Below, piece by piece: positions 48,040 through 57,961 of a stretch of 64,000 bases of DNA (within the stretch, counting starts at the first letter, position 1; each line of letters begins with the position of its first letter). This stretch comes from an uncultured Gemmatimonadales bacterium. GTDB taxonomy: Bacteria; Gemmatimonadota; Gemmatimonadetes; Gemmatimonadales; GWC2-71-9. The stretch is from the NCBI GenBank assembly GCA_963739455.1, contig CAVUAK010000001.1:416001-480000 (forward strand), in the 5' to 3' direction. A program made the translations under genes and the position numbers. The notes beneath the pieces were generated by a model. It made no database searches and had not been told where the DNA came from. It was given only the letters and a program-made list of their open reading frames with translations.

Positions 48040-48933
48040 TCAAGGCGAAGGCTTCAGCACCGCAATCCAGTCAGTAAGCCACTTCCCCGTGCGCGATATG
48101 ACCGCCGAGCTGTCGTTCTCCAGGAAGGTGTAGCCGTCCCGGCCCAGGAGCGGCGCGTCGTACACGCCCCGCTGCCGCGCGACACCCCGGGCTTCCAGCA
48201 GCGCCTCGAGACTCTGCTTCGTGCCGATCCAGAGGAGCGCATCCGACGCGCGAGTGGCTGCGCGCGGAGGGATGCCGGCACTGTCCGGTGACTCGTAGAT
48301 CGACGCGAGGAAGGACGTGGCCACCGGGTCGTCGCTGAAACTGAGCAACGTCAGGTAGCGGACCTTGAGGTTCTCGTCTGGCGCAGCGCGAAAGAGGGCC
48401 ATCAGCGTATCGGGTGTCCCACCACCCAGCCGCCCCAGCGTCCAGGCATCGGCCAGGCCGTATTTCCCCCCTGGCACCTGGGCGAGTATCCGGGACCGCA
48501 TGGCAGCATCGCCCACCTTCACTCGCTCCGCCTGCAGCTCGATGGCGCGGAGCGGCTCGATGAGGTCGCCGGGATCGATACCGGGCGGCCCTTTGACATT
48601 CCCCTCCATGATGCGGCCCCGGAGGTGCGCCGCGCTGTCGGCGTAGGCCGGCTTCTGGAGCTCCGCGAGCCGCGTCAGCGCCATCAGCCCCTCGTTCCAG
48701 GGCACCTTGCCCGACAGCGCCTGTCCGGACCTGGCCCACAGCACCGCCGGATTGGACAGGCTCATGATGCGCGCCACGGTATCGGCAGACGCCGAACCCA
48801 TCTTGAGGCCGTCGTGCAGCTCGGAGTACGCGGACCGCGTCGAGTCTGCCAGGCGTATCTGCACCTGTCCCGCGAGCGGCGCCGCCGCCCCCATTACCAG
48901 CATCGCCGAAAGTGCGCCGAGCTGCCGCATCAT
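48040..48933 (-). CDS. Hypothetical exported helical protein
   Basis: Signal peptide; ATGA overlap with the MFS gene. Confidence 0.7.
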   Translation of the reverse strand: MMRQLGALSAMLVMGAAAPLAGQVQIRLADSTRSAYSELHDGLKMGSASADTVARIMSLSNPAVLWARSGQALSGKVPWNEGLMALTRLAELQKPAYADSAAHLRGRIMEGNVKGPPGIDPGDLIEPLRAIELQAERVKVGDAAMRSRILAQVPGGKYGLADAWTLGRLGGGTPDTLMALFRAAPDENLKVRYLTLLSFSDDPVATSFLASIYESPDSAGIPPRAATRASDALLWIGTKQSLEALLEARGVARQRGVYDAPLLGRDGYTFLENDSSAVISRTGKWLTDWIAVLKPSP

Positions 48934-50132
48934 GATTCCGCCTTTTCCTTGCCGATGACAATCAACCACCACGCGGCCGCCAGCAACGTCAGCATGCCTG
49001 ACGCGAGAAGTGCCTTCGATCCGCCAAGGTACTGGTACGTCACCCCGAAGAGCGCCGCCGCCGGCAGCGCCGCGAGGCCCGTGATGGCGTTGAATGCGCC
49101 GAACCCGCTCCCCATCCGCTTCGGTGACAGTTTCGCGACGAGCGCCCGTTCGGCTGGTTCGGTCAGGCCGGCGACGCCACCGAGAAGGAGGAATACTGCC
49201 GCGGCTGCACCCGCACCAAGGTTCCGTGACAGCAGGCCGACCACGATCGCGAAGAGTACGCTGCCCGCCGCCACCGCGACGCGCGGGCCCATCCTGTCGG
49301 AAAGCCAGCCACCGGGATACGACCCGGCGCTCCGGACCACGTGCAGCCCACCCCAGAGCAGCGGGATGGTCGCCGCGGCCACGCCCAGGTCCTGTACCCG
49401 GAGGAGGAGCAGCGCCTCGGGGAGCCGCGCGAGCGCGAGGAGCGAGAGCGCCAGCACTGCGGGCCAGAATGTACGCGGTCGTGCGCTGCCGGGGGACTCC
49501 ATCGGCGCGTCCGCGGCGCGTGCTGGCGCCGGGCGCCGGGTGACACGAAGCACCACGGTGAGGGTGACGAGCGCCAGGATACCCGGCACCACGCTCCACC
49601 CGATGACCTGTCGCACGCCCATGCCGCGCGCGAGCAGTGCCCACGCCACTACCGACCCCACCACCGCGCCGAGGTGATCGAGGGCCCGGTGAAAGCCGAA
49701 GGCGCGCCCGCGCATGTGTGCTGGCGTGACATCGGCGATCATCGCATCGCGGGGTGCGGTGCGCAGTCCCTTCCCGATGCGATCGATGACACGGAAGCCG
49801 ACGACCTGCGTCGCCGCCGATGCAATCGCACTGAGGGGACGCACGAAAACCGCGGTGGCGTAGCCGACCAGAATGAGCGGACCCCGGAGCTCGGTGCGGT
49901 CCGCCAGGCGCCCGCTGATCCACTTGAGCGCCGCACCGGTCAATTCTGCCGCGCCGTCAAGCACACCGAGAATTGCGGGGCCGCCGCCCAGCGTGCGTAC
50001 GATGAAGTTGGGGAGGAGCGGATACACCATCTCGCTTGCCACATCATTCCACAGCGAGACGAACGAGAGCCCGACAACGGCAGGTGGAATGCGGTCGCTG
50101 CGAACTGCGGTCGACGGCGCTGGAGTGGTCAT
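48930..50132 (-). CDS. MFS transporter
   Basis: DVASEM.YPLLP, DRIGKGLRTAPRDA and GRAFGFHRALD motifs. Confidence 0.88.
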   Translation of the reverse strand: MTTPAPSTAVRSDRIPPAVVGLSFVSLWNDVASEMVYPLLPNFIVRTLGGGPAILGVLDGAAELTGAALKWISGRLADRTELRGPLILVGYATAVFVRPLSAIASAATQVVGFRVIDRIGKGLRTAPRDAMIADVTPAHMRGRAFGFHRALDHLGAVVGSVVAWALLARGMGVRQVIGWSVVPGILALVTLTVVLRVTRRPAPARAADAPMESPGSARPRTFWPAVLALSLLALARLPEALLLLRVQDLGVAAATIPLLWGGLHVVRSAGSYPGGWLSDRMGPRVAVAAGSVLFAIVVGLLSRNLGAGAAAAVFLLLGGVAGLTEPAERALVAKLSPKRMGSGFGAFNAITGLAALPAAALFGVTYQYLGGSKALLASGMLTLLAAAWWLIVIGKEKAES

Positions 50133-50135
50133 GGC

Positions 50136-51620
50136 TCAGTCGATGCCCATTCCCCAGCGGATCAGGGACACCGGCAGCCCGCCATACGACAGCACCTCGT
50201 CATGAAATGCCCGCAGTGAGTAGCCGGCGCCGCGCTGCGACTCCGCCGACTCGCGCAACTCGCGAAGGGCGCGGCGGCCGACCGCATGGCACAGCGCGTG
50301 GGTCGGGGTTTCGCAGTAGTGGCGCACCTCCGCCTCGGCCTGCTGACGGGCGATCGGGACGCGCCTTACCAGTTCCTCGATCGCCTCCTGCGGCGTCATC
50401 CCGCGGGTATGCAGGCCGACGTCGAGGTCCACCTGCACCGCCCGGTGCAGCATGTCGACCAGGTGCAGCAGGCGCGTCTCGAGGCTCGCGAAGTAGCCCT
50501 CGTCGAACATCAGTTCCTGGGCATAGAGTGCCCAGCCGCTGAGGGTGAACGCGGGCCTCAGCTGGCGTCGCACCTCCGACGCCAGTTCGGTCGCGCGCAC
50601 CGCGTGCACATGCCGCCCAGGCCACACCTCATGCGCCACCACCACCGGTATGCGGTGCGTCGCGCCGTCCCAGGGATTGCCCGACAGCATGAGCTGCCCC
50701 GGTGCGTCGGGCAGCGTGAGCAGCCCGCGCTCCTCGATGAACGCCACTGCGCGAACCATTTCCTCATCGTAGAGCGCATCACGCACGGACGCGCTGGGCG
50801 CGTCAGCGAGCAACCGTTCGGCCACGTCGCGCCAGGGACGCGACGGATCGATCCGGCGCGCCAGTGCAGCCAGTTGTGCTTCCAGTTCATCGCGCAGGTG
50901 CAAGCCATAACGCCAGAGCTCCGGGGCACTGGCAAGGAGGGCATGCTCGAAGCGAAGCCTGCGCTCGAACTGATCCTCGCCCGCGGCGAAAGCGTGTGGA
51001 TCGGCCCCCGGAGCCATGCGCTGGTTGAGCGCCAGGCCGAAGGACTTGAGGGCGGACAGCGCGCCGGTCGTGGCGGCGGCGAGGTTGTCCGCGAGTTCAG
51101 GCGCAAGCATCCCGTAGCGCCGCGTTGCCTCGACCACGACCTCGCCAGTGGTCCCCAGCATGGCGAGCGCCGTATCCGAGAAGATGCCCACCGGCTGGTC
51201 GAGGGTGTTCACCGCGGCGGTGAGGAAGGGCGGGATGTCGCGCAGGCGCTCCGCCACTAAGCCCGCAATGGCCGCATCGTCAGGGCGGGTGAGCACCGAC
51301 AGGAAGGCATCGTGAAGATGACGGAGCCAGAAGGCGGGGTTCCTGCGGTGCGGCTGCTCGTAGTCGAAACGGAACCCGAGCACACGCATGTCGTCCAGGA
51401 GTGCGGTGCGGTCGATCTCCTGCTGATAGTCCTCCACGTCGAGTTCCTCGGCGGCCCCGGCCAGCGAGCGCACCGCGGCGAGGTGCTCCCGCACCGAGTC
51501 GACGTCGAAGCGCCCGAGCCGGCCATCCTGCTCCGTGCGACCAGCCGCACTGGCGGCGGCCGGGTCGAAGTGCCAGCGAACGTCCAGGTAGGACCGGCAG
51601 AGTTCGTCGATGGCGCTCAC
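50136..51620 (-). CDS. DUF885 family protein with degenerate metal motif
   Basis: HEVWPGRH, GWALYAQ, DVGLH and FHDEVLSYGGLP motifs. Confidence 0.8.
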   Translation of the reverse strand: MSAIDELCRSYLDVRWHFDPAAASAAGRTEQDGRLGRFDVDSVREHLAAVRSLAGAAEELDVEDYQQEIDRTALLDDMRVLGFRFDYEQPHRRNPAFWLRHLHDAFLSVLTRPDDAAIAGLVAERLRDIPPFLTAAVNTLDQPVGIFSDTALAMLGTTGEVVVEATRRYGMLAPELADNLAAATTGALSALKSFGLALNQRMAPGADPHAFAAGEDQFERRLRFEHALLASAPELWRYGLHLRDELEAQLAALARRIDPSRPWRDVAERLLADAPSASVRDALYDEEMVRAVAFIEERGLLTLPDAPGQLMLSGNPWDGATHRIPVVVAHEVWPGRHVHAVRATELASEVRRQLRPAFTLSGWALYAQELMFDEGYFASLETRLLHLVDMLHRAVQVDLDVGLHTRGMTPQEAIEELVRRVPIARQQAEAEVRHYCETPTHALCHAVGRRALRELRESAESQRGAGYSLRAFHDEVLSYGGLPVSLIRWGMGID

Positions 51621-51624
51621 GACA

Positions 51625-52605
51625 TCAGCGCCCCGTCACCTCGGAATCGTCACCCAGGCTGGCACTGCCCTCGAAGTGGTCGATGATCGACCGGTTGCCC
51701 AGGACCCCGCCATTGACACGCACATCGGTCAGTCGCGCATCCCGGCCGATGATCATGTTGGCAACCGCGCTGTCGGTGATCACCGTCCCCGCCTCGATGC
51801 TCACGTTGGGACCGATGACGCTCCGCTCGATCTTGACGCCGTCCTCGATGTACACCGGCTCGATGACGTCCACGTCCGCCGGCAGGGCCGGCCGCCGCGC
51901 CGCGCCCTTCCGCAGCAGGATCTCGTTGGTCTCGAGGAGCGTGTCCAGCTTGCCGCAGTCATACCAGCCGCCCACCTCCGCGGTGAGGATCCGCTTTCCC
52001 TTCTCGATCATGAACTGGAACGCGTCGGTCAGGTAGTACTCGCCCTTGTTCGCTGGCGCGGCCAGCACGTGATCGATGCCCTGCCACAGGCTCTCCACTG
52101 CCTTGATGTAGTAGAGGCCGATGTTCGCCAGCTTCGAGATCGGCTCCTTCGGCTTCTCCACGATACGGGTCATGTAGCCCTCGGCATCAGTGACGACCAC
52201 CCCGAAGCGCTGGTAGTCCTCCACCTCCTTCGCCCAGATGATGCCGTCGGCGTCGGTGCGGTTGATCAGCGTGAGGTCCGCCTCGAAGACGGTGTCCACG
52301 AAGATGATCAGCACCGGCCCGGTCACGTACGGCCGCGCCAGGTTGATCGCCCCCGCAGTGCCATCCTGCACCTTCTGCTCGATGTACCGTGCCGGGTATC
52401 CGTAGCGCGTACTGCTGTACGCCTCCACCTGCTCCTTCAGGTGACCGGTGATGAAGATCAGTTCACTGATCTTCAGTCCCTCGAGGCGGTCCATCACCCA
52501 GTCCATCACCGGCCTCCCCGCCACCTTCAGCATCGGTTTCGGGACGAGGTGCGTGTGGGGGCGGAGGCGCGTGCCCTTGCCGGCGAGTGGAATGATCACT
52601 TGCAT
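51625..52605 (-). CDS. Sugar-phosphate nucleotidyltransferase with hexapeptide tail
   Basis: AGKGTRLRPHT..PKP, IVEKP, GEYYLTDA and WYDCG motifs. Confidence 0.9.
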   Translation of the reverse strand: MQVIIPLAGKGTRLRPHTHLVPKPMLKVAGRPVMDWVMDRLEGLKISELIFITGHLKEQVEAYSSTRYGYPARYIEQKVQDGTAGAINLARPYVTGPVLIIFVDTVFEADLTLINRTDADGIIWAKEVEDYQRFGVVVTDAEGYMTRIVEKPKEPISKLANIGLYYIKAVESLWQGIDHVLAAPANKGEYYLTDAFQFMIEKGKRILTAEVGGWYDCGKLDTLLETNEILLRKGAARRPALPADVDVIEPVYIEDGVKIERSVIGPNVSIEAGTVITDSAVANMIIGRDARLTDVRVNGGVLGNRSIIDHFEGSASLGDDSEVTGR

Positions 52606-52643
52606 GCGTTCGATTCCTTTGGGATGACTGCCGACAAGAATAC

Positions 52644-52671
52644 CTTCACGTCCTCACGTCTTCACGTCCTC
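52644..52671. repeat. 3.5x 8-bp repeat CYTCACGT
   Basis: Read directly. Confidence 0.85.
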
Positions 52672-52673
52672 GA

Positions 52674-53243
52674 TCACCCTGCCGCCGGCTTGAACAGAAA
52701 TGAGGACGGGCTCGTAATGCATGCCTTCACGCAGCTGCCACAGCCAACGCAGCCTTCCAGCTTGAGCACGGGATGTCCATCCGAGTCCGTGGCGAGCGCA
52801 CGCTCGCCCACCGGGCACGCCTTTGCGCACACCTGGCATGCGACGCCCTTGTAGGTGACACAGCGCTCGGGCACGAACTCCACCGTACCGAGGCGATAGT
52901 GCTCCCACCCGTCTTGGGGCACGGTGAGGGCCTCTGTCGGGCAGGCGCGCGCACACGGCATGTCCGGACAGGCGATACAGGCCTGAACCTGCACGTTGAG
53001 GTACGGCGTGCCGGCGGCCAGCCCACCCTCCGTGGGCGCCCTGACGATGGCGCGCACCGGGCACACCGGAATGCAGTCGCCACAGCGGGTACACGCTGCC
53101 AGAAAACCGAGCTCGGGCAGCGCCCCCGGTGGGCGCAGGTAGCGGTTTGGTGCAAGCCGCTCCTCCGTGGCCTGGAGAAAGCGCTCGAAGGCATCACCGA
53201 ATACCGAACGCAGTGCGTCCCTTCGATCACCCCGAAATTCCAA
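52674..53243 (-). CDS. NapG/MauM-type polyferredoxin
   Basis: LRPPGA...CTRCGDC..VCP and three further Cys clusters. Confidence 0.85.
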   Translation of the reverse strand: MEFRGDRRDALRSVFGDAFERFLQATEERLAPNRYLRPPGALPELGFLAACTRCGDCIPVCPVRAIVRAPTEGGLAAGTPYLNVQVQACIACPDMPCARACPTEALTVPQDGWEHYRLGTVEFVPERCVTYKGVACQVCAKACPVGERALATDSDGHPVLKLEGCVGCGSCVKACITSPSSFLFKPAAG

Positions 53244-53258
53244 CTAGCCCTCCCTCAT

Positions 53259-53290
53259 CTTCACGTCCTCACGTCCTCACGTCCTCACGT
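53259..53290. repeat. 4x 8-bp repeat CYTCACGT
   Basis: Read directly. Confidence 0.9.
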
Positions 53291-53291
53291 C

Positions 53292-56200
53292 TTAGAATGC
53301 CGCCTGCACGCTGAACAGCCAGCGGAAATCAAAGGCCTGGTTCCGGGCGAAGTCGTTCCGCGAGAACTCCGGCTCACTCAGGTAGATCGGGAAGTCGAAG
53401 CGGGTGATGAACGCCGTCTTTCCAATGCGATGACTGGCCCGAACACCGAGCCCCGCGTCAGCCACGAATCCGAGCGCTTCCCCCGTGGTCGGCTGGTCCG
53501 GCCCGCCGATACCCTGAGCCGCATCGCCAAAAGCCGCCACCGATACCCGGCTGAAAAGCTTGGACTTCTGCCGCAACAACATTGTCCGCTCGAGTTCGAC
53601 ATTGGCCGCGATGATCGCCGGGCCCGAGATCCGGAAGTCCGCTGCGCGAACGCCGCCACCACCCGGAGCCTGGTACGGGACGTCGTCGATGACGAGCAGC
53701 GCGCCCTCGGAACGGAGGAGCGGATTGTAGAGCTGCTCGAAGGGATCGGAGCTGCCGAGGTAGATCTGGCGCTGCTTGGCGGCGGTGTGTGCCCCGGCAG
53801 CCACACCGCCGTACAGGCGTCCGGCGAAAGACAGCTTCTTCGCGAGCTGGCGCCGCGCCGTGCCCTCGATCTCACCGCGGAAGTAGAACTCGTCGAGATT
53901 GGGTTGCACTGATGCCAGGCCGTCTCGATCGAAGACCAGGCCACCCCCGAGGTTGAGCCTGCCACCGAGCTGCCACTTGCCACTCCGGGTCTTCACGCCC
54001 AGCGTCGTCATCAATTCGACAATGCCGACATCGATGTATTGCTGCGGATCGAGGAAGGCGGTGTTGTCGATATTCACCATGCGGAGACTCACGCCCTCGG
54101 TCCACTTCGGCCCGAATGTCAGGTGTTCCTGGCTGGTCTTCTCCCAGCCCAGCAGGCCACCCCACCTGCCCTCCGTTCGGAATGCCTCCAGCCGCTGCGA
54201 CTGGTTGGGCGAGCGGAGCCACACTGGATTCTTGAATCGGGCGAAGAAATCGAGCTGCTGCACAAAGGCGTCGTCGCCCGGTGCGCCCAGGCTGTAGGAC
54301 AGGAGCACCTGGTTCTGCTCGAACATGCCGAGGTAGTTCGTCCGTGCCCGGACCCCGACGGTGATGCCTCCTGCGGTGTTGTACCAGATCGTCGGCATGA
54401 AGCCGCGCTCGAGCTGGTCGCGACTCTCCTTCTCGGTGAACCAGGTGTCGAGGTAGTTCGCGGAGGGCGGCGCGCGCTTCCCGAGCAGCACGAAGCGGTA
54501 CTGGTTGTTCAGCATGTTCCAGTCGTGCGTGCGAACGCCGGGATCGATCACGATCTTCTTCGGCTCACTGCGAGTGGGGATGACCACCCAGGCCCGGGTC
54601 GCCATGCCGTCGGTGCGCACCACCACCGTGTCCTTGTCGGCGATGACGGCGACGTCCACCGGGATCATGCCGTCGCCCTTCCGGACCACCTCGACACGCG
54701 TTTCCCAGCCATCACCCAGCTTCTGCCGCTTCACGCGCCCCACGGAGTAGTCGAACATCGGGGTGCCGTGGAGCCACTGCCCGAAGAGCGTGCTCAGGTC
54801 CATCTGCGACACGTCCTCGGCAACTGCCTGAAACGCTGCCCCGTCCACGTGTTTCAGCTGCCAGCGCTGGTAGTAGGTCTGCAGGATCTCGTGCATTACT
54901 GAATCGCCCACCACATACCGCAACTGCTCCAGGAAGAGCTCGCCCTTGGAGTAGATCATCTGGTTGTAGATGACGAAGTCACTGTACTTGTCACTGACGA
55001 GGCTCACCGGTTCCGACCACCCGCCGAGATCCAGGTCGAGGACGTTGGACTCGTTGCCCTCGTAGCCGCCCTTCTCGCCCGTCGCCTCGCCGAACCAGGT
55101 CGTCTGGAAGCTGGTGAAGCCTTCGTCGAGCCATCCCTCGCGCCACTCGTTGTTGGCCAGGATGCCCATCGTGTAGTTGTGGCCCAGCTCGTGAACGATC
55201 AGCCCCTGGCTTGCCGAGCCGTTCATGATCACCATGGGGAATTCGGTGCCGCCACCATCGATGCGGTGCAGGTTGGTGAGCTGGGGCCACGCGAACGGGC
55301 CGAACAGCTGGTCCAGCCACTGCAGTGCCGTCTCCGTGCGCTTCACGGCGATCCCACCACCCCAGGACTTCTCGTCACCAGGACGATAGAGCACGTGCAC
55401 CAGGATGTTCTTGTACGCCCCGCCCTCGTAGCGGTACTCCGGGCTCATGGAGAGGGCGAAGTGATGCACCGACTCCGCGTACCAGAGCACCCGCTTGTAG
55501 CCGTCCGGGACGGACGGATTGGGAAAGTTGCTGAATGCGCAGTCGCCATTGACGCCGGGCCCCGGTCCGCTCACCTGGGCGCGAACGCCGGGATATGCCT
55601 CGTCGCCGTACTGCACCGGTCGAGTGGAGGATTGGTTCGCCGCCGTCCAGCCAGGGTCGCCGCACACCGGAACGCCCGTTGCCCCGAGCACCTGGTCCTT
55701 CGGCACGTCGACCTGCACCCGGAACGTGCCGAACTCCCCGTAGAACTCGCCCGCCGGCACGAGCGGGTGTTCCTCCCAGCCGTACCGGTCATAGACCACC
55801 ACCTTGGGATACCACTGGGCAAAGTCGTACTGCCGGCCCTTCCGTCCTTGCCGACGCACCACCGTCGAAACGCGCGCGTCCCAGTCCGTCTCGATCACCA
55901 TCGAGTCGCCTGGCGCGAGTGGCGCCGGCAACTCGAAGCGCACGATGGTGCTGTCAGGCGCGAACGGATAGATGGCGGTCACCGCCTGGCCCATGATCCT
56001 GACGTTGCTTACATGGTTGTAGGCGTAGTCCGGATCCTTGAGGTCGTTGAACCGACGGCGTCCTTCGGTCGAGTCGGAATCGCTCCAGCGCGATCCCGGC
56101 CTGAAGGCATTCAGGTGGAGATGAAGCGAGAAGGACCGGAGCGTGTCCGGCGAATTGTTCACGTACTCGATCCGCTCGGATCCGCGCAGCACACCAAGCG

Positions 56201-56318
56201 GTTCCTCGAGGCGGGCAGCGATGTCATAGGCGACCCGCTGCTGCCAATACGGTGCGGGACCGCGTCGGAGCGTGTCGTTGGGTGCGGTGGCCAGGACGAG
56301 CGCGAGGAGCGTGATCAT
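53292..56318 (-). CDS. M1 family aminopeptidase with C-terminal outer-membrane beta-barrel-like region
   Basis: YWQQ, AQWYPK, GGTEFP, HELGH..WLDEG and YSKG motifs; amphipathic strands; terminal Phe. Confidence 0.85.
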   Translation of the reverse strand: MITLLALVLATAPNDTLRRGPAPYWQQRVAYDIAARLEEPLGVLRGSERIEYVNNSPDTLRSFSLHLHLNAFRPGSRWSDSDSTEGRRRFNDLKDPDYAYNHVSNVRIMGQAVTAIYPFAPDSTIVRFELPAPLAPGDSMVIETDWDARVSTVVRRQGRKGRQYDFAQWYPKVVVYDRYGWEEHPLVPAGEFYGEFGTFRVQVDVPKDQVLGATGVPVCGDPGWTAANQSSTRPVQYGDEAYPGVRAQVSGPGPGVNGDCAFSNFPNPSVPDGYKRVLWYAESVHHFALSMSPEYRYEGGAYKNILVHVLYRPGDEKSWGGGIAVKRTETALQWLDQLFGPFAWPQLTNLHRIDGGGTEFPMVIMNGSASQGLIVHELGHNYTMGILANNEWREGWLDEGFTSFQTTWFGEATGEKGGYEGNESNVLDLDLGGWSEPVSLVSDKYSDFVIYNQMIYSKGELFLEQLRYVVGDSVMHEILQTYYQRWQLKHVDGAAFQAVAEDVSQMDLSTLFGQWLHGTPMFDYSVGRVKRQKLGDGWETRVEVVRKGDGMIPVDVAVIADKDTVVVRTDGMATRAWVVIPTRSEPKKIVIDPGVRTHDWNMLNNQYRFVLLGKRAPPSANYLDTWFTEKESRDQLERGFMPTIWYNTAGGITVGVRARTNYLGMFEQNQVLLSYSLGAPGDDAFVQQLDFFARFKNPVWLRSPNQSQRLEAFRTEGRWGGLLGWEKTSQEHLTFGPKWTEGVSLRMVNIDNTAFLDPQQYIDVGIVELMTTLGVKTRSGKWQLGGRLNLGGGLVFDRDGLASVQPNLDEFYFRGEIEGTARRQLAKKLSFAGRLYGGVAAGAHTAAKQRQIYLGSSDPFEQLYNPLLRSEGALLVIDDVPYQAPGGGGVRAADFRISGPAIIAANVELERTMLLRQKSKLFSRVSVAAFGDAAQGIGGPDQPTTGEALGFVADAGLGVRASHRIGKTAFITRFDFPIYLSEPEFSRNDFARNQAFDFRWLFSVQAAF

Positions 56319-56334
56319 GGGATTGAGAGAGGAC

Positions 56335-56532
56335 GGGAACAGGGAACAGGGAACAGGGAAATGTAAGCCACCAGCGAACTTACGACCCATTGCCACCACA
56401 GCCACAAACCATGTTACGTATAGTTTGCTAAAACACCGATACTGCTACTATTAGTTGACAAAACTGGCATTCTGCACAACATTAGTTCGAGTAGTTCACT
56501 TACCTGTTCCCAGATCCCTGTTCCCGGTTCTC
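56335..56532. repeat. Inverted heptamer arrays (GGGAACA)n ... (TGTTCCC)n flanking an AT-rich spacer
   Basis: Arrays at 56335-56362 and 56505-56532. Confidence 0.75.
56455..56483 (+). promoter_or_regulatory. Sigma70-like promoter for lrp-eamA
   Basis: TTGACA at 56455; weak -10 (CAACAT/AACATT). Confidence 0.4.
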
Positions 56533-56534
56533 AG

Positions 56535-57011
56535 ATGCCTGAAGAACTCGACAACATCGCCCTCCAGATCCTCGACCTGCTCGCCGCCGATGGTCGCATG
56601 TCGTACCAGGCCATCGCTGACCAGGTCGGGCTCTCGCGCCCCGCGGTCATGGAGCGAGTGAAGCGCCTGGAGGAATCGGGATACATCACCGGGTATCACG
56701 CCCACATCGACCGGGCGCGCATCGGTCGCCCCGTAACCGCGTTCGTGGCGGTGCGCTATCCGAGCTCCCACGGCACTGGCCTCGAGCCCGGCATCCAGAG
56801 CCTGGCCGAACACCCTGACGTACTCGAGTGCCATCATGTTGCAGGCGAGGACTGCTACATCCTCAAGGTGGCGGCCCCTTCCCTGGACAAGCTGAGCGAC
56901 GTGCTGCGCGCGTTGCGCGATCCAGGCGAGCCGGTCACGACCCGCACAACCATTGTGCTGTCCACCGTCTTCGAGAAGCCCGGCGTCCGCCCGGGCGTGG
57001 TGGCGACCTGA
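56535..57011 (+). CDS. Lrp/AsnC family regulator
   Basis: DGRMSY..IA..VGLS.PAV.ERVKRLEESG and ECHHVAGEDCYILKV motifs. Confidence 0.93.
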   Translation: MPEELDNIALQILDLLAADGRMSYQAIADQVGLSRPAVMERVKRLEESGYITGYHAHIDRARIGRPVTAFVAVRYPSSHGTGLEPGIQSLAEHPDVLECHHVAGEDCYILKVAAPSLDKLSDVLRALRDPGEPVTTRTTIVLSTVFEKPGVRPGVVAT

Positions 57012-57955
57012 TGGCCATGCTCCGCGGCCGCGTGCTCGCCGCCTACCTCATCGTGGCCATCGTGTGGGGCTCGACCTACCTCGCCATCCGGGTGGGGGTC
57101 ATGCACATACCCCCGTTCCTCTTTGCCGGCGTGCGATTCCTCACCGCCGGCGCGTTGCTCGGTGCCTTCGCTCTCTGGCGTGGTGAGCGGTTGCCGCACT
57201 CGCCCCGCGTCTGGGCGCTCCTTGCGCTGCTCGGCGGGCTCTTCTTCCTGGGTGGCAATGGCGGCGTGGTGTGGGCCGAGCAGTTCGTGCCATCGGGCCT
57301 GGCCGCCGTTTACGTGGTGACGGTGGCACTCTGGACAGCAGGATTCGATGCCCTCATTCCCGGTGGCAAGGCGAAGCTCAACAGCATCGTAGTCGCAGGA
57401 CTGATGCTCGGCTTTTTCGGCAGCATGCTGCTCGTCGGCGTCACGCCCGCCGAGCTGGTACAGGCGGACCTGCGCGGGCCGATCGCGCTCATCCTGGGCA
57501 GCGCCTCGTGGGCCCTCGGCACGGTGCTGGCGAAGCGACTCCGCCTCCAGGTGCCGGTCACGCTCTCGTCCGCCACGCAGATGTTCGCCGGCGGTGCGCT
57601 GATGCTCGGCGCCGGCGTGTTGAGCCGTGAACCGGTGCCGGCGAGCATTCCGCTCGGTGCCATCACGGCGTTCGCATACCTGGTTGTCTTCGGGTCGATC
57701 CTGACGTTTACGGCGTACACCTACCTCATGCGCAATGCGTCGCCGACGGTGGTGGGCACCGCCGCCTATATCAACCCCGTCGTTGCCGTACTGCTCGGTT
57801 GGGCGTTCCTCAGCGAGCCGATCACCGCGCGCACCCTGCTCGCCATGGGGATCATCCTCTCCTCCGTGCTGCTCATCCAGCTCGGCACCAGGCCAGCGGC
57901 AAAAGAACAGGCGGCCGACAAGAGTGCCGGCCGCCTGGTGGAAAACGAAGTGTAG
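57011..57955 (+). CDS. EamA/DMT transporter (YedA-like)
   Basis: VWGSTYLAIR, YLVVFGS and AYINPVVAVLLG motifs. Confidence 0.9.
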   Translation: MAMLRGRVLAAYLIVAIVWGSTYLAIRVGVMHIPPFLFAGVRFLTAGALLGAFALWRGERLPHSPRVWALLALLGGLFFLGGNGGVVWAEQFVPSGLAAVYVVTVALWTAGFDALIPGGKAKLNSIVVAGLMLGFFGSMLLVGVTPAELVQADLRGPIALILGSASWALGTVLAKRLRLQVPVTLSSATQMFAGGALMLGAGVLSREPVPASIPLGAITAFAYLVVFGSILTFTAYTYLMRNASPTVVGTAAYINPVVAVLLGWAFLSEPITARTLLAMGIILSSVLLIQLGTRPAAKEQAADKSAGRLVENEV

Positions 57956-57961
57956 CCTCGC

